Position numbers and translations under genes: made by a program. The notes under the pieces were generated by a model that was not told where the DNA came from, did not search any database, and was given only the letters and a program-made list of their open reading frames with translations. This document shows positions 9,585-18,272 of a DNA stretch of 64,000 nt, piece after piece. The stretch comes from an uncultured Prolixibacteraceae bacterium (GTDB lineage: Bacteria; Bacteroidota; Bacteroidia; Bacteroidales; FEN-979). The first letter of the stretch is position 1, and every line of letters begins with the position of its first letter. The stretch lies in contig CAZSDU010000001.1 in the NCBI GenBank assembly GCA_964605775.1, forward strand, positions 282,283 to 346,282, read 5' to 3'.

Positions 9585-10361
9585 ATGGGTTTCCTCTTTC
9601 ACGAAGTGATTTTTGGGCCGGTCAGGAGCAGGCGGTTAGGATTGTCCCTGGGTATCAACCTGCTTCCTTTACACTCAAAATTTTGTTCCTTTAATTGCAT
9701 TTACTGTGAGTGCGGATGGACTCCTCCCGGACAGGAAAAAACTCCGTCACTTCCGGCCAGAGCAGAAGTTTACCATTACTTAGAAGAACGGCTGATCCAA
9801 TTATCGAAAGAGGATTATCTCCCGGATGCCCTGACTTTTGCCGGCAACGGAGAACCTACGCTTCATCCGGATTTCCCGGCCATCGTAGAGGACTGCCGGT
9901 TGCTGCGTAACAAGTATGCTCCCAAAGCCACAGTAGCAGTTTTATCCAATGCGAGCCGCATTTCAGATCCCCGGGTTTTTACTACGCTGAAACAACTCGA
10001 CCAAAACATACTCAAACTGGATGCCGGGTCTGAGCCTCTCTTCCTCCTAATGAATAACCCGATGAGCCCGGTAAATTACCAGGAATTAATAGAAAATCTG
10101 ATCAGGTTTGAGGGGAAGGTGATCATCCAAAGCATGTTCCTGCGCGGTGTTTTCCGAGGAGAAATCATTGATAATACAACAGATCAGGCTGTTTCGGATT
10201 GGATAGAACAGCTAAAAATGATACGCCCTGAACAAGTCATGATCTATCCCATTGCCAGAGCCACTCCGGCACATCAGCTTGAAAAAATTCCCGTTTCCGA
10301 ACTTCATGAGATTGCCGAAAAAGTGAAATCATCAGGATTAAAGGTCAGTGTATATTCTTAA
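9585..10361 (+). CDS. Radical SAM protein (function unknown)
   Basis: CSFNCIYC CX3CX2C cluster motif and an N-terminal GPVRSRRLGLSLGINL block. I chose the start at the internal ATG (MGFLFHE) because the track start at 9495 overlaps the divergent ispB-like gene. Confidence 0.75.
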   Translation: MGFLFHEVIFGPVRSRRLGLSLGINLLPLHSKFCSFNCIYCECGWTPPGQEKTPSLPARAEVYHYLEERLIQLSKEDYLPDALTFAGNGEPTLHPDFPAIVEDCRLLRNKYAPKATVAVLSNASRISDPRVFTTLKQLDQNILKLDAGSEPLFLLMNNPMSPVNYQELIENLIRFEGKVIIQSMFLRGVFRGEIIDNTTDQAVSDWIEQLKMIRPEQVMIYPIARATPAHQLEKIPVSELHEIAEKVKSSGLKVSVYS

Positions 10362-10375
10362 TTCAACCGGATTCC

Positions 10376-10780
10376 ATGACAACACTGTATTTCCCGGCTA
10401 AAATCTGGCTTGCCCTGGGAGAAGCCATCACTGGCAATGAAGAGATTTCCACCTGGTTGCTGAAAAACGGTTATCCTGAAATTGCCGCATTGGCGCATGC
10501 CATCAGGGGAAGCGAAGAAGCAACGGCCTGGCTTTTCCAGAATAAGTTCTTTCATCTTGCAGCGCTGGATGCAGCCATTGATGAAAATGTCCAGGCTTAT
10601 CAGTGGTTACAAAGAAACAATCATCCGTTTTTCATTGTTTTTGCCGATGCCTGTCAGGCCAAACCCAAAGCCATACAGTGGTTTCATGAGAACAAACTGG
10701 AAACCATACTGATGATCGCCATAAAAATAAAAGCATTACGCGACAGTCACACTTTCGATTATCACAGGAAGCATTTCTGA
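10376..10780 (+). CDS. Hypothetical protein with four 25-residue helical repeats
   Basis: 134 aa. Trp at residues 27/52/77/102 and Asn at 31/56/81/106 give an exact 25-aa period. No family recognised. Confidence 0.5.
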   Translation: MTTLYFPAKIWLALGEAITGNEEISTWLLKNGYPEIAALAHAIRGSEEATAWLFQNKFFHLAALDAAIDENVQAYQWLQRNNHPFFIVFADACQAKPKAIQWFHENKLETILMIAIKIKALRDSHTFDYHRKHF

Positions 10781-10790
10781 ATTCCGGGAT

Positions 10791-13475
10791 TTATCCGCAC
10801 TTTGAATAACCGCAGCTTTTACAAACAAGGCAGCCTTCCTGGTAAACCAGGGCATTTTCTTCCTTGCATTTCGGGCAGGTTCGTTCGGCTGCTTTGGTGC
10901 CGTCGGGAATGAATTTTTTGAGGGCTCTTTCCACTCCGTTTTTCCAGGTGTTGATGGTATCCACCTCAAAGTGCAGTTTGGAAATGATGTTGACCACGAA
11001 TGGCAGGGGCATTCCATGCCGCAGTATCCCGGAGATCAGCTTGGCATAATTCCAGTATTCCTTGGTAAAGGATCTGGAAAGCCCCTCAATCGTGATTTTA
11101 TATCCCTGGCGGTCTTCAAACTGGAAGTCGTAACGGGAAGATACCCCGTCGGGGCGGGTTTTAACAATCCATCCCTTCTGTACCCATTGGGGAATCCAAA
11201 AGTCCTCGGCAAGACCGGTAAAAATCTCGTACGGACGTCCGTTAAGCAAGCCTACCACGGCAATCCATTTTTCGTATTCATTCTGAAACCGGACAATCTC
11301 GGCCTGGAGGCGATCCGGTCTGTGCGGGGCCTTGGTTTCGTGGAATTCGTTGGGGTCTTCCTTTTTATCTTTGGCTTCATTGTTTACCAGCACTCCGGCA
11401 CGGGAACCGTCACGGTAAACGGTCATGCCCTTGCAGCCGACTTTCCAGGCGGTTTCATAGATACTACTGATCAGTTCTTCCTTGGTTTCCTTGGGAACAT
11501 TCACGGTTACGCTGATGGAGTGGTCAACCCATTTCTGGACGGCGCCCTGCATTTTAACTTTTGCCACCCAGTCAACATCGTTGGCTGTAGCCTTGTAAAA
11601 AGGAGATTGTTTGATAATGGGTTTCAAATCCTTGTCATCCATATGCGACACTTCATCCACATTGTAACCGTTCACCTGCAGCCAGGTCACAAAATTATGG
11701 TGAAAGACATTGTATTCTTCCCAGGTATCGCCTACTTCATCGGTAAAGGTGATCACGACATTTTTATCGTTTGGATTGACCTTGCGACGGCGTTTGTAGG
11801 AAACGGCAAAAACCGGTTCCAGTCCTGAGGTGGTCTGGGTAAGGATGCTTACTGAGCCCGTGGGAGCGATCGTCAGCATGGCTACATTGCGGCGTCCATG
11901 CTTTTCCATTTCTTCATATACATCCGGGGCGTTTTCTTTCAGTCTCAGGATAAAAGGGTTGTTTTTTTCGCGTTCAGTACTGTATAGCGGAAATGCGCCG
12001 CGTTCCCTGGCCATGATCACAGAAGAACGATAAGCTTCAATGGTGAGTATTTTATGAACTTCCACAGAGAAATCGGTAGCGTCGTCGGATCCATAGCGGG
12101 TTCCCAGGGCGGCAAGCATATCGCCTTCCGCGGTAATGCCGAAACCGGTGCGTCTTCCCTGTATTGCTTTTTCCTTGATGTTCAGCCAGAGTTGACGTTC
12201 ACGTGATTTGATTTCTTCTTTTTCAGGATCTGAGTTGATCTTAGCCAGGATTTTATCGACCTTTTCCAGTTCCAGGTCAATGATATCGTCCATGATACGC
12301 TGGGCTTTATGGACATGTTTTATGAATAATTCGGAATCGAAACTGGCTTCAGGAGTGAACGGCTTGTCAACATAATGATAGAGGTTGATGGCCAGCAGCC
12401 GGCAACTGTCGTAAGTACATAGTGGAATTTCCCCGCAGGGATTCGTGGAAACGGTGCGAAAACCCAGGTCAGCATAGCAATCAGGCAGGGATTCGCGGAT
12501 GATGGTATCCCAGAAGAGGATGCCGGGTTCGGCGGATTTCCAGGCATTATGAACAATTTTGCCCCAGAGGTCGCGGGCGCGGATCTTACGGGTTACGACA
12601 GGATTTGGTGAATCAATAGGGAAGCGCTGGGTGAATTCTCCATCTTCGACCACAGCCTTCATGAATTCATCGGTAATTTTCACCGAGATATTGGCACCCG
12701 TCACTTTACCTGCTTCCAGTTTGGCATCTATAAATTGTTCTGCATCGGGGTGAAGCACTGAAATGCTGAGCATCAGGGCTCCGCGGCGACCTTCCTGGGC
12801 GACTTCCCGGGTAGAATTGGAGTACCTTTCCATGAAAGGCACGATACCAGTCGAAGTCAGGGCGCTATTTTTAACAACACTGTGTTTCGGACGGATATGG
12901 GAAAGGTCATGGCCAACTCCACCCCTGCGTTTCATCAACTGCACCTGTTCCTCATCGGTTTTCATGATGGCGCCATAGGAATCAGAAGCGCCGTCGTTGC
13001 CAATCACGAAACAGTTCGAGAGGGATCCGATCTGGAAATCGTTTCCGATCCCTGCCATGGGACTTCCCTGAGGAACAATATACTTGAAATGCTGCATGAG
13101 CCCGAAGATTTCTTCTTCGCTCATGGGGTTGGGATATTTTCTTTCAACGCGGGCCAATTCACGGGCGATCCGGAGATGCATATCATCAGGAGTAAGCTCA
13201 AACAATTGTCCTTCCGAATTCTTCAGCGCATATTTATTCACCCACACATTGGCGGCAAGACTATCACCATTAAAATATTTCGTTGACTCCTCCATCGCCT
13301 CAGCGAAAGTATAAGTCTTTCTTTCTTCCTTTTTTATACTGATTTTATCCTTCATTGTATCTTTCATCGCCAAATCGTCCAGCGAAACTTTGGGGCGTAT
13401 CCGTTTCGCCAATACCTCATCGTAATAATCAGATTTCGTTTCCTGATCTGTATTGACCATGGGGTTTTCTTCCAT
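10791..13475 (-). CDS. nrdJ: Class II adenosylcobalamin-dependent ribonucleotide reductase
   Basis: 894 aa. RNR catalytic-core blocks (NPCGEIPL, TIAPTGS) and a C-terminal Cys4 finger (CPKC...CKSC). Confidence 0.92.
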   Translation of the reverse strand: MEENPMVNTDQETKSDYYDEVLAKRIRPKVSLDDLAMKDTMKDKISIKKEERKTYTFAEAMEESTKYFNGDSLAANVWVNKYALKNSEGQLFELTPDDMHLRIARELARVERKYPNPMSEEEIFGLMQHFKYIVPQGSPMAGIGNDFQIGSLSNCFVIGNDGASDSYGAIMKTDEEQVQLMKRRGGVGHDLSHIRPKHSVVKNSALTSTGIVPFMERYSNSTREVAQEGRRGALMLSISVLHPDAEQFIDAKLEAGKVTGANISVKITDEFMKAVVEDGEFTQRFPIDSPNPVVTRKIRARDLWGKIVHNAWKSAEPGILFWDTIIRESLPDCYADLGFRTVSTNPCGEIPLCTYDSCRLLAINLYHYVDKPFTPEASFDSELFIKHVHKAQRIMDDIIDLELEKVDKILAKINSDPEKEEIKSRERQLWLNIKEKAIQGRRTGFGITAEGDMLAALGTRYGSDDATDFSVEVHKILTIEAYRSSVIMARERGAFPLYSTEREKNNPFILRLKENAPDVYEEMEKHGRRNVAMLTIAPTGSVSILTQTTSGLEPVFAVSYKRRRKVNPNDKNVVITFTDEVGDTWEEYNVFHHNFVTWLQVNGYNVDEVSHMDDKDLKPIIKQSPFYKATANDVDWVAKVKMQGAVQKWVDHSISVTVNVPKETKEELISSIYETAWKVGCKGMTVYRDGSRAGVLVNNEAKDKKEDPNEFHETKAPHRPDRLQAEIVRFQNEYEKWIAVVGLLNGRPYEIFTGLAEDFWIPQWVQKGWIVKTRPDGVSSRYDFQFEDRQGYKITIEGLSRSFTKEYWNYAKLISGILRHGMPLPFVVNIISKLHFEVDTINTWKNGVERALKKFIPDGTKAAERTCPKCKEENALVYQEGCLVCKSCGYSKCG

Positions 13476-13923
13476 GCTTATGTTATTAGTAGTAAATAAT
13501 ATTTTATTAATTTGCTGTTCCTATGAACACTACAATAAATTGTTCGGGGGCTTATTTGATGAGGCAATATACAACGAAGAAATATTTCAGGGCAATTTAG
13601 TTATTAACAGAAATGAAGCTTACATGTTAATTCGCTGACTTAAAAAAACATATCATTTGATAATTCAGGAGAAGTGGACTCCATCTTAGGTTTGCTTGAT
13701 TTTAATCATCAAATAGCTGATTTTAAACAAATTACACGAAATCAAACGGATTGGATTCTCTGGCCTACGGTTTTTCCATCGATGAAACTCCACATTTCTT
13801 CAGTTTACCCTATTTAACAACGTTTACACCCTGGCCTGTGTTCCTTTCATATACTTTGAATCTACTTCAGGGAACATTGATACATCCTAACCTGTAGGCA
13901 TAACAAAAAATAAAGAAATACAA

Positions 13924-13977
13924 TTATTCGTGCAATTAATTGTATCAACTCACACTTATTCGTGCGATAATTTGTAT
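13924..13977. repeat. Two 22-bp direct repeats (19/22 identical) with a 32-bp period in the promoter of the AAA+ ATPase gene
   Basis: TTATTCGTGCAATTAATTGTAT at 13924-13945 and TTATTCGTGCGATAATTTGTAT at 13956-13977. The second copy abuts the -7 box. Confidence 0.7.
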
Positions 13978-13982
13978 ATTTG
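13975..13982 (+). promoter_or_regulatory. Candidate -7 box TATATTTG for the AAA+ ATPase gene
   Basis: TAnnTTTG match 14 nt upstream of the ATG at 13997. Confidence 0.4.
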
Positions 13983-13996
13983 CTCAAAATTATCGT

Positions 13997-15292
13997 ATGG
14001 AACGCCTTGCATTAGCATCTCTGTCGAAATGGAAAAAGTCAAAGCGCAGGAAGCCATTGATCATCCAGGGAGCCAGGCAGGTAGGTAAAACCTGGCTCAT
14101 GAAGGAATTTGGCAGGAGGGAATATGAGCAGGTCGCTTATATCAACTTCGAGTCTTGTGATTCACTGAAATCGATCTTCAAGGATAATTTTGATATCAGC
14201 CGACTGATCACCGCTTTTCAGATCGAGACCGGAGTTCAGATACGACCCGAAACCACGCTGATCATTCTTGATGAAGTCCAGGAAGCAGAAAAGGGGATCA
14301 CCTCCCTGAAATATTTTTGCGAGACTGCTCCGGAGTATCATATCATGGCTGCTGGTTCATTGCTCGGGATCACCCTGCATGAAAAGACTTCGTTTCCGGT
14401 GGGTAAAGTGGATTTTTTGACCCTCTACCCTCTGACCTTCAATGAATTTTTATTGGCACTGGGGCAGGAACAGCTTTATGAGCTGCTTCAGCGCAATGAC
14501 TGGCCGATGATTACGAGCTTTAAAGCAAAGCTTATAGGCCATCTCCGCCATTACTATTTCATAGGAGGCATGCCCGAGGCTGTTAGCGCGTTCATCAGTG
14601 AAAATGATTTTGATCAGGTCAGATCCATCCAGAAAAGCATTTTAACATCCTATGAGCATGATTTTTCAAAACATGCGCCGGCGGAAATCGTTCCCCGGAT
14701 AAAACTATTGTGGCAATCCATTCCTAAACAATTATCAAAGGAGAATAAGAAGTTCATCTATGGGGTTGTAAAACAGGGAGGCAGAGCAAAGGAATTTGAA
14801 CTGGCGCTGGCCTGGTTGACGGATTGCGGCCTTGTGCACAAAATACAGCGCATCTCTAAAGCTGGCATTCCCTTGGTTGCTTACCAGGATCCTTCGGCAT
14901 TCAAACTTTATTTGCTCGATGTCGGACTGCTGTCTGCCATGGGTGGCCTGACTAAGCAAACCATTCTCCAGGGAAATTCAATCTTCAGCGAATTCAAAGG
15001 ATCCCTTGCTGAGCAGTTTGTCCTTCAACACCTGAAAACCCGGCCATTCTTCCAGGTTTTCTATTGGTCATCAGATACCTCCATTGGAGAACTGGATTTT
15101 GTCATCCAGAATAACGATCGGGTCATTCCGGTAGAAGTAAAAGCAGAGGAGAACCTGAAGGCAAAAAGCCTGAAATCATTTTTTGAAAAGTTCAACCCGA
15201 CTATGTCTGTCAGGACCTCAATGTCAGATTATCGGGAAGAAAGCTGGCTGGTTAATGTTCCATTGTATGCCATTGATTCTTTCCCTTTCTGA
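13997..15292 (+). CDS. AAA+ ATPase with C-terminal PD-(D/E)xK-like domain (AAA_14/DUF4143-type architecture)
   Basis: Walker A GARQVGKT, Walker B LIILDEVQ, C-terminal ELDFV...IPVEVKAEE nuclease-like motif. Start moved to MERLALAS because the track start at 13940 runs through the promoter repeats. Confidence 0.8.
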   Translation: MERLALASLSKWKKSKRRKPLIIQGARQVGKTWLMKEFGRREYEQVAYINFESCDSLKSIFKDNFDISRLITAFQIETGVQIRPETTLIILDEVQEAEKGITSLKYFCETAPEYHIMAAGSLLGITLHEKTSFPVGKVDFLTLYPLTFNEFLLALGQEQLYELLQRNDWPMITSFKAKLIGHLRHYYFIGGMPEAVSAFISENDFDQVRSIQKSILTSYEHDFSKHAPAEIVPRIKLLWQSIPKQLSKENKKFIYGVVKQGGRAKEFELALAWLTDCGLVHKIQRISKAGIPLVAYQDPSAFKLYLLDVGLLSAMGGLTKQTILQGNSIFSEFKGSLAEQFVLQHLKTRPFFQVFYWSSDTSIGELDFVIQNNDRVIPVEVKAEENLKAKSLKSFFEKFNPTMSVRTSMSDYREESWLVNVPLYAIDSFPF

Positions 15293-15400
15293 ATCTGGAA
15301 CGGATCATAACAATCCGCATTTTTCCTGATCCATGTAATCTTTCCTTCCAGTTCGTCTTTTCATAATCGCTTCTGTTTTTTTGGGGGAGCATAAAATTGC

Positions 15401-15438
15401 AAATAAAAAAGGGTCTCAGTTTTTAAGTTCTGAAACCC
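15401..15438 (-). terminator. Rho-independent terminator downstream of tRNA-Lys
   Basis: On the minus strand, GGGTTTCAG-(10 nt loop)-CTGAGACCC is followed by TTTTTTATTT. Confidence 0.65.
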
Positions 15439-15450
15439 TTGGCATTCCTG

Positions 15451-15523
15451 TCTCCCCGCCAGGACTCGAACCTGGGACCCATTGATTAAGAGTCAATTGC
15501 TCTACCAACTGAGCTACGGAGAG
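15451..15523 (-). tRNA. tRNA-Lys (anticodon CUU)
   Basis: Manually folded 73-nt cloverleaf: acceptor CTCTCCG/CGGGGAG, D arm GCTC-AGTTGGTA-GAGC, anticodon arm ATTGA-CTCTTAA-TCAAT, T arm CCAGG-TTCGAGT-CCTGG. No encoded CCA. Confidence 0.93.
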
Positions 15524-15534
15524 CTTTGGGGCTG

Positions 15535-15542
15535 CAAAGATA
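15535..15542 (-). promoter_or_regulatory. Candidate -7 box TATCTTTG for tRNA-Lys
   Basis: TAnnTTTG match on the minus strand, 11 nt upstream of the mature tRNA 5' end. Confidence 0.45.
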
Positions 15543-15643
15543 GAAATTATTCGGGAAGCATTTAGCAGAAAGCAGAAAAAATTGATACCTTTGAAAAAGC
15601 AAAAGGCAGACGGCAAGTAAGAAACAGCAAAGGCCACTAACCC

Positions 15644-16819
15644 ATGGGAGAAAATCGGAGAAAATCGGCGCTGAACGTGATGGATGGGGTTGAACAACCT
15701 TCACAGATCAATGCCGAGCTGGTGGGTAAACTGAAATCAAAAAGGGTAAAAAAATTATCGGTTGAGGAGTATGTCAACGGTATTTTTTCAGGGAACCGCA
15801 CCATCCTAAGCAAGGCCATTACCCTGGTGGAAAGTTCCCTCCACAAAGACCAGGAAAAGTCCCAGGAAATCATCGATGCCTGTTTGAAACATCAGTCGGC
15901 TGCCGCCCATCGGCAGTCCACTACATCCAACATCCAACATACGGCTCCCCCATTACCTGCTCAATCCTTCCTCAGCCCCCCTTCTTCCTCCATTCGTATC
16001 GGCATCACAGGTGTTCCGGGAGTGGGAAAAAGTACCTTTATCGAAGCCCTGGGAACCCATTTAACGGCTCAGGGCCATAAACTGGCCGTATTAGCCATAG
16101 ATCCCAGCAGTACACTTTCCAAAGGCAGCATACTGGGAGATAAAACCAGGATGGAAGAACTGGCTGTTGATCCGAATGCTTTTATCCGCCCTTCTCCCTC
16201 TGCAGGTTCACTGGGCGGCGTTGCCCGCAAAACCAGGGAAACCATTATTTTATGTGAAGCGGCAGGCTACGATGTGATTTTTGTCGAAACCGTCGGAGTG
16301 GGGCAATCTGAAACTTCTGTTCATGCCATGGTGGACTTCTTTTTATTGCTGATGCTGTCGGGAGCCGGAGATGAATTGCAGGGCATCAAGCGGGGAATTA
16401 TAGAAATGGCAGATGCCATTATCATCAACAAAGCCGATGGAGATAATCTGCTTAAAGCCCAAACGGCCAGGGCAGAGTATGCCCATGCCCTCCATCTTTT
16501 TCCTCCTTCAGCATCCGGCTGGATTCCCGTAGCCGACATCTGTTCGTCCAGAACCAAAATGGGGATAGACAATACCTGGAATATTATCCAGAAGCATCAT
16601 CGCCTGATGTGTGAGAGCGGGTTTTTTATCCATAAAAGAAGGGAACAGAACAAACAGATTCTGATGGAAACAATCCAAGAAGGATTGAAACATCATTTTT
16701 TTTCCCGAAAAGACATCCAGTCTGAACTCCTGATCTTGGAAGAAAAAATTTCCGCGGGAAAAGTCAATCCTTACCAGGCAGCCCAAAAATTACTTGAGAA
16801 ATACTATCATAACAGGTAA
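15644..16819 (+). CDS. meaB: MeaB/ArgK-type G3E GTPase (methylmalonyl-CoA mutase chaperone family)
   Basis: P-loop GITGVPGVGKST, ETVGVGQSE and INKADG blocks. The start could be the internal Met at 15680. A candidate -7 box TACCTTTG lies at 15586-15593. Confidence 0.85.
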   Translation: MGENRRKSALNVMDGVEQPSQINAELVGKLKSKRVKKLSVEEYVNGIFSGNRTILSKAITLVESSLHKDQEKSQEIIDACLKHQSAAAHRQSTTSNIQHTAPPLPAQSFLSPPSSSIRIGITGVPGVGKSTFIEALGTHLTAQGHKLAVLAIDPSSTLSKGSILGDKTRMEELAVDPNAFIRPSPSAGSLGGVARKTRETIILCEAAGYDVIFVETVGVGQSETSVHAMVDFFLLLMLSGAGDELQGIKRGIIEMADAIIINKADGDNLLKAQTARAEYAHALHLFPPSASGWIPVADICSSRTKMGIDNTWNIIQKHHRLMCESGFFIHKRREQNKQILMETIQEGLKHHFFSRKDIQSELLILEEKISAGKVNPYQAAQKLLEKYYHNR

Positions 16820-16839
16820 CGCATAGCGACAAAATCACA

Positions 16840-17415
16840 TTACGCTTGCATTGAGTTCAGAAAGTCAGCTATTTCTTCTATCGTCATGATTTTATCCACC
16901 TTATGCGCACGAATGGCGGCCCAAGGCATGGAGTCAACCTCTGCCGTTCCAGGGTCCTGAACAATGGTGGTGCCCCCCATTTCCTTAATCCTTTTTAAGC
17001 CTTTGCTTCCATCGTTATTGGCCCCTGTAAGGATGATGCCGATGAGTTGATCGCGGTACGCGTCTGCTGCGGTTTCAAAGAGGACATCAATGGAAGGTCT
17101 CGCATAATTAACCCTTTCATCGATGGTCAGGGAAAAAGTCCGATCTGGCTCTATCAGTAAATGATAGTTGGGAGGTGCCACATAGGCTTTCCCGGGCTCC
17201 GGTTTTATTTTTTCTTCGGCTTCCATGACTTCGATTTTATGCTGATCATTAAGGATATGTACAAGGTAGTTTTCTGCATCCGGACTGATATGTTGTACAA
17301 TGATCACCGGCAGGCAGAATGATGCGTTCAGCCTCATAAACAATCCCTTTAAGGCATTCAGGCCGCCCGCCGAAGATCCGATCACTACCGCCTGATATTG
17401 ATTTCCTGTATTCAT
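16840..17415 (-). CDS. cheB: CheB-type protein-glutamate methylesterase, catalytic domain only (no receiver domain)
   Basis: 191 aa with the Ser/His/Asp triad contexts GSSAGG, IVQH and ANNDG. Confidence 0.85.
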   Translation of the reverse strand: MNTGNQYQAVVIGSSAGGLNALKGLFMRLNASFCLPVIIVQHISPDAENYLVHILNDQHKIEVMEAEEKIKPEPGKAYVAPPNYHLLIEPDRTFSLTIDERVNYARPSIDVLFETAADAYRDQLIGIILTGANNDGSKGLKRIKEMGGTTIVQDPGTAEVDSMPWAAIRAHKVDKIMTIEEIADFLNSMQA

Positions 17416-18272
17416 GAGGGAAAGGGTGATAGATGATTTTTTTTGATATAGATCTTTTCTTTCCCGTTCAGCGGATCAAAATCAGGATAATGTGACGAAA
17501 ACTGAAGACTTTCTTTTGATCCCAGGCATAGAATGCCACCACCTGGAAGACTGTCCACAAAAAGTTGTATCACCCTGTCCTGCAAATGACGATCAAAATA
17601 GATCAGCACGTTACGGCAAATAACGAGGTTAACTTCTGCAAAGACACTATCGGTCACCAGATTATGGGTGGCAAAAACAATATTTTTTTTCAGTGTTTCC
17701 AGTAATTTTGCTTTTTCATTACTGGCGGTATAATAATCTGAAAAAGATCCTTTTCCTCCTGATTTTTGATAGTTCAGGGTAAAATCTTTCATCCTGCTGA
17801 CGGGGTAAAAACCTTCTTTTGCCTGGCCGATGATCATCGGGTTGAAGTCGGTGGCATATATCTGGGTTTTGTTGTACAGCCCTTCTTCTTTCAGCAAAAT
17901 GGCCATGGAATAGACCTCTTCTCCGCTTGAGCATCCAGCATGCCAAATTTTTATGAATGAGAATTTCCTGATCAAAGGGATGACCTCTTCCCGTAAGGAT
18001 TTATAAAACAGGGGATCCCGGAACATTTCGGTAACAGTGATGGAAAGATCCATGAGTAACAAATCAACAAATTTCGGGTTGTAGATGACCTCATGGATCA
18101 TTTCAGAGATCGTTTTCAATCCTGAATGCGCAAAGCGGTTCAGAATTCTTCTTTTGATATGAGCCTGGGAGTAATGGCGAAAATCATATCCGTATTTTTC
18201 AAAGATAGCCTCTTCTACAAGCCGGATTTCTATATCCTGGTTTTCGAGGAATTCTTCCTGTTTTTTTTTCAT
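17412..18272 (-). CDS. cheR: CheR-type SAM-dependent protein-glutamate O-methyltransferase
   Basis: 286 aa. TEMFRDP block and the SAM-binding WHAGCSSGEEVYS block. ATGA overlaps on both sides. Confidence 0.9.
   Translation of the reverse strand: MKKKQEEFLENQDIEIRLVEEAIFEKYGYDFRHYSQAHIKRRILNRFAHSGLKTISEMIHEVIYNPKFVDLLLMDLSITVTEMFRDPLFYKSLREEVIPLIRKFSFIKIWHAGCSSGEEVYSMAILLKEEGLYNKTQIYATDFNPMIIGQAKEGFYPVSRMKDFTLNYQKSGGKGSFSDYYTASNEKAKLLETLKKNIVFATHNLVTDSVFAEVNLVICRNVLIYFDRHLQDRVIQLFVDSLPGGGILCLGSKESLQFSSHYPDFDPLNGKEKIYIKKNHLSPFPS

Noticed and set aside
10971-11828. Long antisense ORFs inside well-supported genes. Examples: 285 aa opposite nrdJ, 200 aa at 7470-8072 opposite the HK/RR genes, 192 aa at 22783-23361 opposite the PLD gene, 192 aa at 32296-32874 opposite frdB, 165 aa at 6913-7410 and 157 aa at 41500-41973.
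   Set aside because: Each lies entirely within a gene whose product has clear family motifs. Their translations are low-complexity (rich in H, F, I, G, R) with no recognisable motifs and no plausible start context. They are typical shadow ORFs caused by codon bias on the opposite strand.
13476-13996. Cobalamin riboswitch upstream of the B12-dependent nrdJ, and a long-range helix (GCCTACGG at 13763-13770 pairing with CCTGTAGGC at 13891-13899).
   Set aside because: There is no B12 box (GCCACTG) and no GGTG..AA.TCC core on either strand, only a vague AATAGGG resemblance. An OFF-type B12 switch on a B12-requiring enzyme is also not the expected logic. An 8-bp complement somewhere within 500 nt is expected by chance (roughly one or two occurrences), so the helix is not evidence of structure.
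13997-15523. tRNA-Lys-targeted genomic island containing the AAA+ ATPase.
   Set aside because: There is no integrase or recombinase gene. I could find no direct repeat of the tRNA 3' end (…GGTTCGAGTCCTGGCGGGGAGA) in the 2 kb downstream of the tRNA. A single gene is insufficient to call an island.
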